A stretch of 64,000 bases of DNA from Chthoniobacterales bacterium (GCA_038207335.1 JBBQZX010000009.1:32001-96000); one strand, 5' to 3'; shown: positions 18,863-28,324, counted from the stretch's first letter. Translations and numbers: made by a program. Notes: generated by a model not told the origin, from the sequence alone.

Positions 18863-19477
18863 CTAGCCGGCGAAGGGGCAGGTGACGATGTCGCTGTCTT
18901 GGCCGACTTCGGTGTCGCCGATGATGCCGCGGGCCATGTATTCACGGTCTTCGGGGGCGCCGGGGACGAGGAGGGGGGTCTGGTCGTCGTAGGGGAAAGT
19001 TTTGCGGGCGGGGGCGACGAGGAGCCACGCGGCGTTGTTGCGGCGCAGGTAGATATTGACGCGTTCGGCGTAGTTTTTGGTGCCGGTGATGCGGACGTGG
19101 CCGCGCATGGGCTCGACTTTGATGACGGGCTTGATGGTGTTTGGCGGGGGCGTGTAGGCGCTGGTGAAGATGCGCATGGCATTGCCCAAGCCGGTGGTGA
19201 AGGCCGGGTTGGCCTTGATCTGGTGGATGAAGTCGCGCAGCGGGGTGTTGCTGTCGTGGAAGAGCTGGTGGGCGTCGCCGCTGGCGGTATCGAGGACGGT
19301 CTGGGCGTCGATGACGGCCTGGTAGGCGGCGATGAGCGGGTCGATGAGGGCGTTGAACGCGGTGACGGCGGCGGCGTTCAGGCTGAGGGTGGTGGCGTTG
19401 TCGGCGACCTCTTGCTTGAGGTCTTTGAGCCACTGGAGGCGGTTTGCGAAGGAGTCGGGGATGAAGTCGTTGGCCAT
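18863..19477 (-). CDS. Hypothetical cytoplasmic protein (helical N-half, FN3/Ig-like C-half)
   Basis: Strong GC3 bias; amphipathic helices followed by a beta-rich C-terminus (..IYLRR...W...YDD..P...EY.A.GI.GD.EVG..SD.V). Confidence 0.75.
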   Translation of the reverse strand: MANDFIPDSFANRLQWLKDLKQEVADNATTLSLNAAAVTAFNALIDPLIAAYQAVIDAQTVLDTASGDAHQLFHDSNTPLRDFIHQIKANPAFTTGLGNAMRIFTSAYTPPPNTIKPVIKVEPMRGHVRITGTKNYAERVNIYLRRNNAAWLLVAPARKTFPYDDQTPLLVPGAPEDREYMARGIIGDTEVGQDSDIVTCPFAG

Positions 19478-19596
19478 GGTTCGGGGTAGGTTGGTGGTTC
19501 TTGGTTTCGCTGTTTAGAGGTGAAAACGGGCGGTTTCTCTGCGGCGCGGGCGAGGTTAGGGGTGCCGGAGGGTGAATGTGAGGGCGTCGCCTCTGT

Positions 19597-19869
19597 AGAG
19601 GAGGTTTCCAAGCGAGCTGGCGGGGTTTCCAGCGGGATTGGCGGGTACGCCAATGCGATTGGCATACTGGCGGATTGGATTGGCGGGGTTTCCAATCGAA
19701 TTGGCGTACTCGCCAAGTCGAATGGCGGGGTTTCCAATGTGATTGGTGGGTACGCCAATCCGATTGGAGTAGTTCCCAGCGCAATTGGCGTACTTGCCAA
19801 TCGGGCTGGCGGCGCTGTGGATCGAGATGGCAGGGTAGCGGACCGGGCTGGATAGGATGCCGGACGACG
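19597..19869. repeat. Degenerate 21-bp tandem array, ~13 units
   Basis: TGG recurs exactly every 21 nt from 19618 to 19849. Most central units are imperfect palindromes (ATTGG-N8-CCAAT). Confidence 0.85.
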
Positions 19870-20187
19870 CGGCGACGGTGCGGGGGTTCGCGGGGAGGGG
19901 GTTTTCGCGCGTGGGGGACACGGGAGCACAGTTGAGCGGGTGGCCAATGCGGTGTCTGTCCGGGATGAGCCCCCATTTTGAGGTGGAGACGCTGGAGGGG
20001 AGGAGGCGTGGGCATTTGCTTACGCTGAGGAGGGGATTGGTGCGATTTTCCCCGGACACTGCTCCCCTACAAATGGGGCGGTTCAGTGTTCAAATCGCGG
20101 CATTTTGAGTGTTGTTTGGTGGAGGTGAGGGCGCTGATTTGGTTGCGTTTCTCTGCCATGCGTCGGGGGTGAAAAGCGGGGGATGGT

Positions 20188-20213
20188 GGTCCTTCGTTGC
20201 ACTCAGGATGACA
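20188..20213. repeat. REP-like palindrome (TCCTTCG..GC.CTCAGGATGACA type)
   Basis: ggtccttcgttgcactcaggatgaca. Confidence 0.6.
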
Positions 20214-20252
20214 GGGTGGGGAGGGGTGCGATCGTCGTTGCGGTGAGCAAGT

Positions 20253-20305
20253 TTGTAGGGCGACCGCTTCGGTTGCCCAAGGCAGGCGGAGTGCCTGCCC
20301 TACAA
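20253..20305. repeat. GTAG-type REP doublet
   Basis: ttgtagggcgaccgcttcggttgccc aa ggcaggcggagtgcctgccctacaa. Confidence 0.7.
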
Positions 20306-20396
20306 TTTTCCGGCAAGCTGAATCGCTTTGGGGAAATTCTTGAGGCAGGGTGTGGGTGAAGGTGCTCTACTCGGGCTGTGTCACGTTGCTCCCTCG

Positions 20397-21242
20397 ATGA
20401 TTGATCCTTTTAAGAAGCCACGCGTGCTGGTGGTGATGGCTGTGCCGGGGCTGCGGACGGGGATGTCGATGTTTCTCGAAAAGGAGGGGTCGCTGGAGGT
20501 GTGCGGGGAGACGTGCAAGGCGGCGGAGGCGCGGGCAATGTGCGGGGAGTTGCTCCCGGATGCGATCGTGCTGGACCCAGAGGTGGCGGGGCTGGGGCTG
20601 GCGCTGGTGCGCGATTTCAAAAAACTGCACCGGGCGGCTTCGACGGCGCTGTATGCGAGGCGGATCGATGCGGAGCAGGTGCGCCGGGCTTTCAAGGCGG
20701 GGGCGCAAGGTTATTTCTCGCAATCGGAGGAGTTGCCGACGGTGGTGGCGGAGCTGGTGCGGGTCTGCTGGGGGGAGCGGGTGATGAGCCCGGCGGTATC
20801 GCGGCAGATGACGCGCGATTTTACAAAGGGGAATGACAGGACGGCCGGGCTGGAGCGGATTTCGGCGCGGGAGCAGGATGTCCTATGGCTGCTGGGCCAT
20901 GGGAAGGGGGAGTCGGCGATCGCGCTGGAGCTGGGGGTGGGTGTGAAGACGGTGGAGACGTATTTCGAGCGGCTGAAGCAGAAGCTCTCGCTGAAGGATG
21001 CCGCGCAACTGCTGGCGGTGGCACGGGAATATGCGCGGCAGCACTCGGAGGTGAGCGGCCGCGCCATGGAGGCGGGGCGAGAGGGATCGGCAGGCGCGGA
21101 TGTGGGGGAGAAGGCGGTGGCGATGCTGTCGGAGGTGGGTGCGCCGCCGCTGATGCGGGGGTTCTTCGCGACTGATTTTCTCGCGCCCCCATCGGGTGCG
21201 CGGGGGACTCGCAGCTTCCGCTACTCGCGGAGGCGGGTGTAG
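20397..21242 (+). CDS. NarL/LuxR-family response regulator with degenerate receiver
   Basis: REC fold plus ISAREQDVLWLLGHG....IALELGVGVKTVETY HTH. Confidence 0.8.
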   Translation: MIDPFKKPRVLVVMAVPGLRTGMSMFLEKEGSLEVCGETCKAAEARAMCGELLPDAIVLDPEVAGLGLALVRDFKKLHRAASTALYARRIDAEQVRRAFKAGAQGYFSQSEELPTVVAELVRVCWGERVMSPAVSRQMTRDFTKGNDRTAGLERISAREQDVLWLLGHGKGESAIALELGVGVKTVETYFERLKQKLSLKDAAQLLAVAREYARQHSEVSGRAMEAGREGSAGADVGEKAVAMLSEVGAPPLMRGFFATDFLAPPSGARGTRSFRYSRRRV

Positions 21243-22621
21243 CCGAAGAACCCGCGCTTTTTAATGAGCTCGGCGACGCGCTCGGGAACCATTTGCTCCC
21301 ATGAGTCGTCGTTGCTGGCGATGCGGTTGAGGACGTCGCGCGAGAAGACGCCGAGGGCGCCGGGGTCGAAATTGTCGAGGGCGACGAAGCTGCCGCGGCC
21401 GGAGAGGTATTGGTAGAGGGGGCGGAGTTCGGGCGCGACCTGGAGGTTGTCGATCGTGGTGAGCTCTTTGGTCTTCGGGTCTTGCAGGGGATAGACGTAG
21501 AGCTTGAGGTCGTTTTTGAAGAGCCGACCGAAGGACTCGAGGATGCCGCCTGGGAGCTGGGGGTAATACTTTTCATCAAAGATCTCGATGAGGCTGGGGA
21601 CGCCCATGACGATGCCGATGCGCTCTTTAGTGCGCCATGCGAGGTAGGCGGCGAGGCGGAAATACTCGAAGTAATTCGAGATCATGACGGTGGAGCCGCA
21701 GGCGGCGAGGAGGTCGGCGCGGGCGAGGAAGTCGCGGCGATCGACGACTTTGCCGCCGGCGAGCAGATTGCTCATGGTGATCTCGGCGATGGGGAGCACG
21801 TCTTTGCCGGCGACGGCGGGGTCGTTGCTGAATTTTTCCAACGCGCATCGCTCCATGTCGCGGTTCACATTCGACACGGGGCGGAAGCTGCCGCGCGAGA
21901 CGAGCACGGCTTTTTTATGGAGGACTTCGCTCGGCTGAAGGACTTCGCGATTCGGGCCGAACATGGCGACGCCGCTGAGGCCGAGCTCGACGAGTTTCAG
22001 TGCGACGAGGCGGTTATCGACGGCGCGAAATTCGATGCCGCTGAAGTCGATGACGTCGATCTCGATGCGCGCGGGCGTGAGGGAATCGAGCAGGCGCTCG
22101 ACGAGGACCTCGGGCTCGTGGTGGTGGAAAAATGCGCCGTAGAGGAGGTTCACGCCGACGATGCCGAGCGCCTCCTGCTGGAGCGAGGCCTCCACATCGA
22201 CCATGCGAAGATGGATGATGATCTGGCTCGGCTGATCGCCTGGATGCGCCTGGAATTTCACCCCCATCCAGCCGTGGCACTCATTGCCGCCGGTGAAGCT
22301 GCGCGTGGTGACGGTGTCGGCGAATGCGAAGAAGGAGGTGGTCTCGCCGCGTTTATCTTGGAGACGTTCGAGGTCGAGATTGTATTCGCAGTCGAGCATT
22401 GACTGGAGCCGCGTACGCGAGACGTAGCGATCGGCGGTTCCGTAAATCGCGTCGCTCACGGTCATGTCGTAAGCCGAAATGCTTTTCGCGATCGTGCCCG
22501 CAGCACCGCCGACGCGGAAGAACCAGCGGACGACTTCCTGCCCTGCGCCGATCTCGGCGAGCGTGCCGTACCAGCGCGGGTCGAGGTTGATTTTAAGTGC
22601 CTTTGTGTGCGTGTCTTCCAT
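21221..22621 (-). CDS. Conserved nucleotidyltransferase-like protein (NadD/NMN adenylyltransferase-like family)
   Basis: YGTLAEIGAGQEV.RWFFRVGGAAGTIAKS.SAYDM, RGSFRPV, GGILESFGRLF. ATG 22621. Confidence 0.65.
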   Translation of the reverse strand: MEDTHTKALKINLDPRWYGTLAEIGAGQEVVRWFFRVGGAAGTIAKSISAYDMTVSDAIYGTADRYVSRTRLQSMLDCEYNLDLERLQDKRGETTSFFAFADTVTTRSFTGGNECHGWMGVKFQAHPGDQPSQIIIHLRMVDVEASLQQEALGIVGVNLLYGAFFHHHEPEVLVERLLDSLTPARIEIDVIDFSGIEFRAVDNRLVALKLVELGLSGVAMFGPNREVLQPSEVLHKKAVLVSRGSFRPVSNVNRDMERCALEKFSNDPAVAGKDVLPIAEITMSNLLAGGKVVDRRDFLARADLLAACGSTVMISNYFEYFRLAAYLAWRTKERIGIVMGVPSLIEIFDEKYYPQLPGGILESFGRLFKNDLKLYVYPLQDPKTKELTTIDNLQVAPELRPLYQYLSGRGSFVALDNFDPGALGVFSRDVLNRIASNDDSWEQMVPERVAELIKKRGFFGYTRLRE

Positions 22622-22626
22622 TGGGC

Positions 22627-22727
22627 AGTTGAGAGTGAGTGGTTGAGAGTTGAGGGCGGGATCCGCGCTTCGGCGCTTGATGCGAAGAGGATTGAGGGAG
22701 GTGCTCTCAAGTCTCAACTCTCAACTC
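22627..22727. repeat. Inverted heptamer repeats (GTTGAGA)n/(TCTCAAC)n
   Basis: Direct reading; the right arm overlaps the 3' end of the 22707-23162 gene. Confidence 0.65.
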
Positions 22728-23162
22728 GACCTCATGATACTCGAGCGCCCATTCGCGCATGAATCGCACGCGGGTCGGGCGGATGCGGTAGATGATCAAA
22801 TCGGGGTTGTCAGGCGTGCGGAGGTATTGGCGGAGCAGGGGATTGCTCTCCCAGATTTCGGCTAAAAGCGCGGCGTCGGTGAGGACCTCGGCGACGCCGG
22901 TGATGCGGAGCTGGTCGTGCGAATCGTCGAGGTAGCACAGCTCGACGTTTGGGTTCGCGGCGATCTCAGCGGTCTTGTGGTAGGCGCGGAGATTCGCCAC
23001 GAAAATGGTGAAGCCATCGACGCACACGGGGGACACGGGCCGCACGCGCGGTTGGTCGCCGTCGATGGTGGCGAGTTGTGGGAAGCGCGCGTTTTTGATG
23101 ACGGCTTGCGCGAGGGAGACGAGTTCGGCGGGGGAGAAAGTTTTCGGAGTCGGAGGAGGCAT
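22707..23162 (-). CDS. Pyridoxamine 5'-phosphate oxidase / general stress protein 26 family
   Basis: LATIDGDQPRVRP, K..EI.ANPNVELCY, QLRITG.A. Confidence 0.85.
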   Translation of the reverse strand: MPPPTPKTFSPAELVSLAQAVIKNARFPQLATIDGDQPRVRPVSPVCVDGFTIFVANLRAYHKTAEIAANPNVELCYLDDSHDQLRITGVAEVLTDAALLAEIWESNPLLRQYLRTPDNPDLIIYRIRPTRVRFMREWALEYHEVELRVET

Positions 23163-23242
23163 GGGCGGATGAAAGCATGGTTTGAGGCGTGGCGGCAAAG
23201 CTGCGCTGGGCGGTGGCGGCGGGCGCTGGTAAATGCAGCGGC

Positions 23243-23881
23243 GTGCGCTTGCTTACGTTGTTTCTCGTCGTGGGAATCGTCCTGCTTTTGCCGTTTTTGT
23301 TTTGGGGCGAAACGTTCACTCGCTGGCTCGATGACGATGCGGGCATCGAGTGGCTCCGCGGCTTTGGCGCGTGGGGTTGGATGGTGGTGATCGCGTTGCT
23401 GGTCGCCGATTTGTTTCTGCCGATCCCTGCGACGCCGGTGATGTCGGCGGCGGGCTTTTTGTATGGAGGTTGGATCGGCGGGCTGGCCAGCGCGGCGGGT
23501 TCGTTCCTCGCGGGCCAGCTCGGATACTGGCTTTGCAGGCGATTCGGTCGCGGCTTTGCGGTGCGGCTGGCTGGCGAAAATGACCTGCTTCGCGCGGAGA
23601 ATATTTTCGATCGCAGCGGTGCGTGGCTGGTCGCGCTTTCGCGCTCGCTGCCGCTGCTGCCGGAAGTCGTTTCGTGCCTCGCCGGGCTCGCCCGGATGCC
23701 GCCGATGAAATTCACGCTAGCTCTCGCGTGCGGGTGTCTGCCGATGGGCTTCGCCTACGCGGCGATCGGCGCGGCGGGCCAGTCGCGCCCCGGCCTCGCG
23801 CTCGCCCTCAGCGCGCTGGTGCCCGCGCTGCTGTGGGTCTTCGTGCAGTGGCGGATGCGCGGTGCCTGGCGGGAAAACTAG
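23243..23881 (+). CDS. VTT/DedA (TVP38/TMEM64) membrane protein
   Basis: DLFLPIPATPVM, R.LP.LPE..S.LAG; hydrophobic. Confidence 0.85.
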   Translation: MRLLTLFLVVGIVLLLPFLFWGETFTRWLDDDAGIEWLRGFGAWGWMVVIALLVADLFLPIPATPVMSAAGFLYGGWIGGLASAAGSFLAGQLGYWLCRRFGRGFAVRLAGENDLLRAENIFDRSGAWLVALSRSLPLLPEVVSCLAGLARMPPMKFTLALACGCLPMGFAYAAIGAAGQSRPGLALALSALVPALLWVFVQWRMRGAWREN

Positions 23882-23884
23882 AGG

Positions 23885-25645
23885 CTACTTCGCGGGGGCG
23901 ATGAAGAGTTTGCGGCCTTTGAATTTGATGCCGTTCAGCTTCTCCACGACACTCGCTGCCTCTTCTTTCGCAACATCGACGAGCGTCTGTTTGGGAAGCA
24001 GGTGGATCGCGCCGATGGACTCTTTCGGAATGCGCGCGACGCCCGCAATGACGCCGACCACATCGCCCGGTTGGATGTCGTGTTCGCGTCCGAGATTCAT
24101 CGCGAGTCGCACCATTCCTGCCTCGTGCGATTTCGCGCCGGGCTCGGCGACGTTGCGTTTTCCGGCGGGTGATGGGCGCGCATTTTCACGCGGCAGGCGG
24201 TCGCGAAACTCGCGCTTTTCGGTGCGCGGCTCGCGAGATTCGCGTGGCGGGCGCGATTCGTATTTCGGGTAATCCCGCGACTCGTCGCGAGGTTCGCGTG
24301 GCTCGCGAAACGTGTGTTGTGGCGGTTCTTCGCGCGCCGGTTCGGGATTGCGCGGCTTGTCGTTGCCCGAGAGATGGATGAGCGCGGAGGCGATGTCGGT
24401 CGGCGAGTGACCGGCTTCGAGCAGGCGGTCGATGAGAGCTTCGTGGCGCTTGAATTCGCCTTTCTCGAGCGTCTCTTTCAATGAGTCGAAAAAAGCGTTG
24501 CTGCGCTTTTCCTCGACCTCATCGGCGGAGGGCACGCGCTCGCGCCGGATGCGGCTTTTCGTGAAACGCTGGATGTTCTCCAGCTTATAAATCTCGCGCC
24601 CGGCGACGAATGTGATCGCCCGCCCGGCGCGACCCGCGCGACCGGTGCGGCCAATACGGTGGACGTAGTCTTCGCCATCGTGCGGGAGGTCGTAGTTGAA
24701 GACGACTTCGATGTCGTCCACGTCGAGCCCGCGCGCGGCGACGTCGGTCGCGACGAGGAACTCGAACCCGCGTTTTCGGAATTTCGCCATGACGCGCTCG
24801 CGCGCGTTTTGCGTGATGTCGCCGTGCAGTTTGTCGGCGGAATAGCCGCGCGCGATGAGGTGCTCGACGAGTTCATCGACCATCATTTTCGTGGCGCAAA
24901 AGATGATGCCAAATTTGATGTCGTTGAGGTCAATGAGGCGGCAGAGCGCCTCGACTTTAAAGCGGCGATCGACTTCGTAATAGACCTGCTCGATCGCGGG
25001 GACGGTGAGCGCCTCGGCGTCGCAGCGCACGTTTTGCGGGTCGCGCGTGAAGCTCTTGATGAGTTGCTTGATCGGCGCGGGGACGGTCGCGGAAAAGAAG
25101 ACCGTCTGCCGCTCGGCAGGCGACTGGCTGAGGATTTTCCGGATGTCTTCGACGAAGCCCATGTCGAGCATCCGGTCGGCCTCGTCGAGGATGACCATGC
25201 GGATTTGATCGAGCTTAAGCGATTTGCGATCAAGGTGATCCATGATGCGTCCCGGCGTGCCGATGACGATCTGCGCGCCCGCGTGAAGCCCGCGAAATTG
25301 GCGCTCGTAAGACGCGCCGCCGTAGATCGGGAGCTCGCGTACGCCGCGCTTGAACATCGCGAGTTTCGCCACCTCCTCCGCCACCTGCACGGCCAGTTCG
25401 CGCGTCGGGCAGAGGATGAGCACCTGGACAGCCTTCAGATCGCCATCCACCCGCTCGATCGCGGGGATGGCAAATGCAGCGGTCTTGCCGGAGCCGGTCT
25501 GCGACTGGCCCACCATGTCGGCGCCGCCCATGATGACGGGGATGGCCGCGGACTGGATGGGCGAGGCTTCCTCGAAGCCTATTTTGGCGATCGCCTTGAG
25601 CAATTCCGGCGACAGGCCGAGCTCACTGAAAAGTTTCTTTTGCAT
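23885..25645 (-). CDS. deaD: DEAD-box RNA helicase with DbpA-type C-terminal RBD
   Basis: QTGSGKT, PTRELA, DEADRMLDMGF, HRIGRTGRAG. Confidence 0.9.
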   Translation of the reverse strand: MQKKLFSELGLSPELLKAIAKIGFEEASPIQSAAIPVIMGGADMVGQSQTGSGKTAAFAIPAIERVDGDLKAVQVLILCPTRELAVQVAEEVAKLAMFKRGVRELPIYGGASYERQFRGLHAGAQIVIGTPGRIMDHLDRKSLKLDQIRMVILDEADRMLDMGFVEDIRKILSQSPAERQTVFFSATVPAPIKQLIKSFTRDPQNVRCDAEALTVPAIEQVYYEVDRRFKVEALCRLIDLNDIKFGIIFCATKMMVDELVEHLIARGYSADKLHGDITQNARERVMAKFRKRGFEFLVATDVAARGLDVDDIEVVFNYDLPHDGEDYVHRIGRTGRAGRAGRAITFVAGREIYKLENIQRFTKSRIRRERVPSADEVEEKRSNAFFDSLKETLEKGEFKRHEALIDRLLEAGHSPTDIASALIHLSGNDKPRNPEPAREEPPQHTFREPREPRDESRDYPKYESRPPRESREPRTEKREFRDRLPRENARPSPAGKRNVAEPGAKSHEAGMVRLAMNLGREHDIQPGDVVGVIAGVARIPKESIGAIHLLPKQTLVDVAKEEAASVVEKLNGIKFKGRKLFIAPAK

Positions 25646-25708
25646 CGCGGCTTGTAACTTGGCGGGTCGCCTCGCGCGAGGATTATCGAGGACCGGACGC
25701 GGTCGCGC

Positions 25709-25990
25709 TTAAACAGCCGCGGGCTTTTCGCGGTAGAGGACCGCGACGTTTCCCACCCGCATGATGAGCTCGCTGCCGGTCTGCTCCACGATCTGCGGGA
25801 CGATCGACTTCTTCTGCTCTTTGAATGCGATGAACTTCATTTTCACGAGCCCGTGTTGCGTGAGCGCTTCGTCGAGGCTTTTCAAAAACGCTGGGCTCAT
25901 GCCGCCGTGACCGAGCTTTACGATCGGCTCGAGCCGTTGGGCGCGGGCTTTGAGGTCGGACTTTTCTGCGTTGGTTAAAGTGGCGGACAT
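25709..25990 (-). CDS. yhbY: CRM-domain RNA-binding protein YhbY
   Basis: LKARAQRLEP.V.LG..G, HGLVK, GNVAVLYR. Confidence 0.85.
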   Translation of the reverse strand: MSATLTNAEKSDLKARAQRLEPIVKLGHGGMSPAFLKSLDEALTQHGLVKMKFIAFKEQKKSIVPQIVEQTGSELIMRVGNVAVLYREKPAAV

Positions 25991-26075
25991 GGCGCGGATT
26001 CTGGCGGCGAGCGGGCGGGGGAGCGAGCGTGTTTCTCGACTCGCGCGGCTCGCCGTGTTAGCTCCCCGCGCGCCG

Positions 26076-26714
26076 ATGACGACTCCGAACAAGATCACGA
26101 TCACGCGGATTTTGATGATCCCGATCTTCGTGATGATGGCGATCTACTACGGCCGCAGTGTGGCGCGCGGCGAGCCGCTGGACTGGCAGCGCTGGCTTGC
26201 TATCGGAATCTTCGTGACCGCTTCCGCGAGCGATGGGCTCGATGGATACATCGCGCGTCGCTACAATCAAAAGAGCCGACTCGGCGTGATCCTCGACCCG
26301 ATCGCGGACAAGGGGTTGCTGCTCGCGGGCATCATCACGCTGAGTTTTACGAACTGGAGCTACCAGTTCCCGCTGTGGTTTCCGGTTCTCGTGATCGCGC
26401 GCGACGTGATCGTGGTCGCGGGCGCGCTGACGCTGAATTTTCTCAACGGAACCGTGCAGGTGCGGACGCGCTGGACTGGGAAAACGGCGACGGTTTTTCA
26501 GATGATCGCGCTCGCGCTGGCGATGCTGCAGATCAATCCATTTTCCAAGACGATCGGCCTCCGCTCGTGGTCGGTGGATGTCGATACGATCGATGTCGCG
26601 GTCGCGCTGGCGGCATTTTTCACAACGGTCTCCGGCATCAGATATGTGATCGATGGGATCGCGCAGATTCACGACAAAGGGCACGGCGATCCGAAGGCGT
26701 GGACGGAAATTTGA
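26076..26714 (+). CDS. pgsA: CDP-alcohol phosphatidyltransferase (PgsA-like)
   Basis: PNKIT..R, DGLDGYIAR......LG..LDPIADK. Confidence 0.8.
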   Translation: MTTPNKITITRILMIPIFVMMAIYYGRSVARGEPLDWQRWLAIGIFVTASASDGLDGYIARRYNQKSRLGVILDPIADKGLLLAGIITLSFTNWSYQFPLWFPVLVIARDVIVVAGALTLNFLNGTVQVRTRWTGKTATVFQMIALALAMLQINPFSKTIGLRSWSVDVDTIDVAVALAAFFTTVSGIRYVIDGIAQIHDKGHGDPKAWTEI

Positions 26715-26717
26715 GGG

Positions 26718-26806
26718 ATTCAGTGTTCAGGGAGCGGCGTTCAGTGTTCAATCGCGGTCGGGCGCGCTTCCCGGAAACTGAAACCTGAAAATCGAACACT
26801 GAACAC
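26718..26806. repeat. Inverted heptamer repeats (TTCAGTG)n/(CACTGAA)n
   Basis: Direct reading of the pgsA-der spacer. Confidence 0.6.
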
Positions 26807-26809
26807 CGC

Positions 26810-28324
26810 ATGCCCGAACGTATTGTCGCAATCGTAGGCCGACCCAATGTCGGCAAGTCCGCGCTCTTTAACCGTCTCGCGGGGCGCAAAATTTCCATCG
26901 TCCACGACATGCCCGGCGTGACTCGCGACCGCATCGCGACGACGTGCAAGATCGGCAATTTCCCGTTTACTATTTTCGATACCGGCGGCATCGGGAGCAA
27001 TGTGGACGCGAGCTTCACGGAGCAAGTCCATGCCGAAGTCGATATTGCGGTGGAGACAGCGGACGTGCTGCTTTTCGTCGTGGATGGGCAGTCGGGATTG
27101 AACCCGATCGATGAGGAACTCGCGCGGCAGCTCCGGCGCGTGCGCAAGCCGGTGCTGCTCGTCATCAATAAAATCGACGTCGATCAGCATGCGCCGAATG
27201 CGGTGGAATTCAGCCGGCTCGGCTTTGAAAATCACATCGCGATCAGCGCTGAGCACAACCGCGCGATCGAGCCGCTGGTGGCGTGGACGGAGCGGCTGCT
27301 GCCGTCGCCGGATCATGCGAGAGCCGAGGCGGAGGCGCTGAAGCAGCCGGTGAAGATCGCGATCGTCGGGCGGCCGAATGTCGGCAAATCGTCGCTCACG
27401 AATATGGTCCTGCAGGACGAGCGGACAATCGTGAGCGAGATTTCGGGGACGACGCGCGACGCGATCGACATCCCGTATGCGCGGCACGGCAGCGACTACA
27501 TTTTGATCGATACGGCGGGCATCCGTCCGCGCGGGAAAGTGTCGAGCTCGGTCGAAGTTTTTAGCGTCATGCGGTCGGAGTCGAGCATCCGGCGCGCGGA
27601 TATTTGCCTGCTCGTGCTCGATGCTTCGATGGGTGTCACGGCGCAGGATAAAAAGATCGCCGGGCTGATCCAGGAGGCGCGAAAGCCGTGCGTGGTGGCG
27701 GTGAATAAATGGGATTTGGTGAAAGAGAAGACGGACGACAAGGCGTCGCTCACGGAGTTTCTCGATGACCTGCGGGCGGAGCTTTTCTTCCTCGATTACG
27801 CGCCGGTGCTGCTCGCATCGGCAAAGACCGGCGCGGAAATGACGCGCATTTTTAAGACGATCGAACGGATCAAAAAAGAGGCGCAGGATCGCATCGGCAC
27901 CGGGCCGCTGAACCGCTTGCTCGCCGCCGCGACGACCGCGCATCCTTCGCCGATGCAGGCCGGGCGGCGGTTCAAAATCTTGTACGGCACGCTCGCGGAC
28001 ACGCGCACGCGCTCGCCGATCCCGATCCCGGAGATCGTTCTTTTCTGCAATGACGAGAAGCTGCTGGTGGAAAGCTACCGGCGTTTTCTGGAGGCGCGCA
28101 TCCGCGAGGCGTGGCCATGCACGGGCTTGCCGCTGCTTTTCCACCTGCGCCCGCGAGAGGTGAAAGGCTCGGCGAAGCAAGCCGCGCGCGGTCGAAAAGG
28201 GGGCGGCGAGCAGAAGCCGAAAACGCCGCGTGCGCAGGAGCACGCATCTCGGAAGCGCGACATGTATCCCGCGGGGAAAAAGCGCCCGGCGCGCGGAGTG
28301 ACGGGGCGGCGGCAGGGAGGTTGA
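26810..28324 (+). CDS. der: Ribosome biogenesis GTPase Der
   Basis: Two GRPNVGKS G-domains and a KH-like C-terminus. Confidence 0.96.
   Translation: MPERIVAIVGRPNVGKSALFNRLAGRKISIVHDMPGVTRDRIATTCKIGNFPFTIFDTGGIGSNVDASFTEQVHAEVDIAVETADVLLFVVDGQSGLNPIDEELARQLRRVRKPVLLVINKIDVDQHAPNAVEFSRLGFENHIAISAEHNRAIEPLVAWTERLLPSPDHARAEAEALKQPVKIAIVGRPNVGKSSLTNMVLQDERTIVSEISGTTRDAIDIPYARHGSDYILIDTAGIRPRGKVSSSVEVFSVMRSESSIRRADICLLVLDASMGVTAQDKKIAGLIQEARKPCVVAVNKWDLVKEKTDDKASLTEFLDDLRAELFFLDYAPVLLASAKTGAEMTRIFKTIERIKKEAQDRIGTGPLNRLLAAATTAHPSPMQAGRRFKILYGTLADTRTRSPIPIPEIVLFCNDEKLLVESYRRFLEARIREAWPCTGLPLLFHLRPREVKGSAKQAARGRKGGGEQKPKTPRAQEHASRKRDMYPAGKKRPARGVTGRRQGG

Noticed and set aside
19597..19869. CRISPR array
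   Set aside because: The period is only 21 bp, there is no constant repeat with unique spacers, and there are no cas genes.
21221..22621. TonB-dependent receptor label sometimes given to this family
   Set aside because: No signal peptide or beta-barrel pattern; soluble alpha/beta sequence.
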